64,000 bases of DNA from Macrostomum lignano (lineage: Eukaryota). Positions 63,229 through 64,000 of the stretch are shown here, piece by piece (within the stretch, counting starts at the first letter, position 1; each line of letters opens with the position of its first letter). The notes under the pieces are model-generated. The model was not told the origin of the DNA, ran no database searches, and was given only the letters and a program-made list of their open reading frames with translations. The translations under genes were made by a program, and so were the position numbers. The DNA is taken from the NCBI GenBank assembly GCA_002269645.1, contig NIVC01000636.1, forward strand, positions 1 to 64,000, given 5' to 3'.

Positions 63229-64000
63229 GCTGCCCGCGGCCGGCGGCCCTGGACTGGTGGAAGGAGCGGGCGGGAGTGAGAAACCAGGAGAGACAGTAGG
63301 GAGAGAGCGGAAAGGCTTGGGGCGCCCTGGACTGGCACCGGTCGCAGACTCGGTGAGGCTAAAATAGGCTTCTGGGCCAGGGAGGGAGGGCCGCCGCGCA
63401 CCATGCAGTAACTCCTACCCTGGCCTTTGAGCCTTTGACACTGACTTCTGAGCGGCTGCTGCGGCTGCGTGCAGGGGCAACCCCGCCCCAGCCTCCGCCT
63501 GCCGGACGGGCCAATAGCGGTCGGGCCCTGCGAGTTGAACCGGGCAGCTCTGGGAGGGGGGGGGGTGGGGGCGCAGAGCAGAAATGCAGCGAGGCGCAGC
63601 AACTATTCTGTAGAAGAAAACACAGTTGGTTTTCTGTCTCTGATTCGCATTGAAGAATGGAGCGAGCACGAGTTTTACAGACCGAGTGTGCAGCAGAGGC
63701 TCCAACGGGCAGTGGGCAGGGAGAGGGTGGGGGCGAACAGCGACTGGACCGCTCAATACAACTGACTGCATCGAGTCGGCCGCAACAACACAGTCCTGAG
63801 CTTGTCACAGACGTATCAGCTTTCTAATCGGCGGCCCCTCTAATGTTGCTCTCATAATAAAATATTAAACTCGAAAGCCGGCCCTCCCCTGTTTGCCGAG
63901 TTGCTGTTCCAGACTGCACTTCGTTCTCTGAGAAGACTCAAAGGCAGACGGGGTACAGTGCTCACTGAGCTATTTTCACAATTGAGCGCTGCGCTAACCA

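Overview
Eukaryotic (animal) genomic DNA. GC-rich coding exons are separated by introns that are mostly filled with locus-specific minisatellites, an architecture that resembles the flatworm Macrostomum (inference only). Most long ORFs in the supplied track are artefacts of these arrays. By manual splicing I reconstruct seven recognisable genes: the 3' part of a NIM1K-like kinase (+), TDP2 (-), an MFSD2-like transporter (+), two convergent SAM-less SAMHD1-like dNTPase paralogs, an intronless GT10 alpha-1,3-fucosyltransferase (+), and an unusual TRP channel (-) with N-terminal ankyrin repeats on a TRPM-type channel core. Two further genes are of unknown family: a putative secreted EF-hand protein and a 51-aa membrane microprotein that the ORF track missed. 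Mobile DNA includes a near-intact DD34D mariner with ~219-bp TIRs and one nonsense codon, MULE- and Merlin-like relics/MITEs, tRNA-derived SINE pieces and a decayed Penelope-like RT. The most striking observations are (i) tandem arrays whose unit is an amplified exon/intron junction or stop-codon region of the host gene, and (ii) the ankyrin-TRPM hybrid channel. Exon boundaries were placed by eye from GT-AG signals and reading-frame continuity. Family calls rest on remembered motifs, not on searches.
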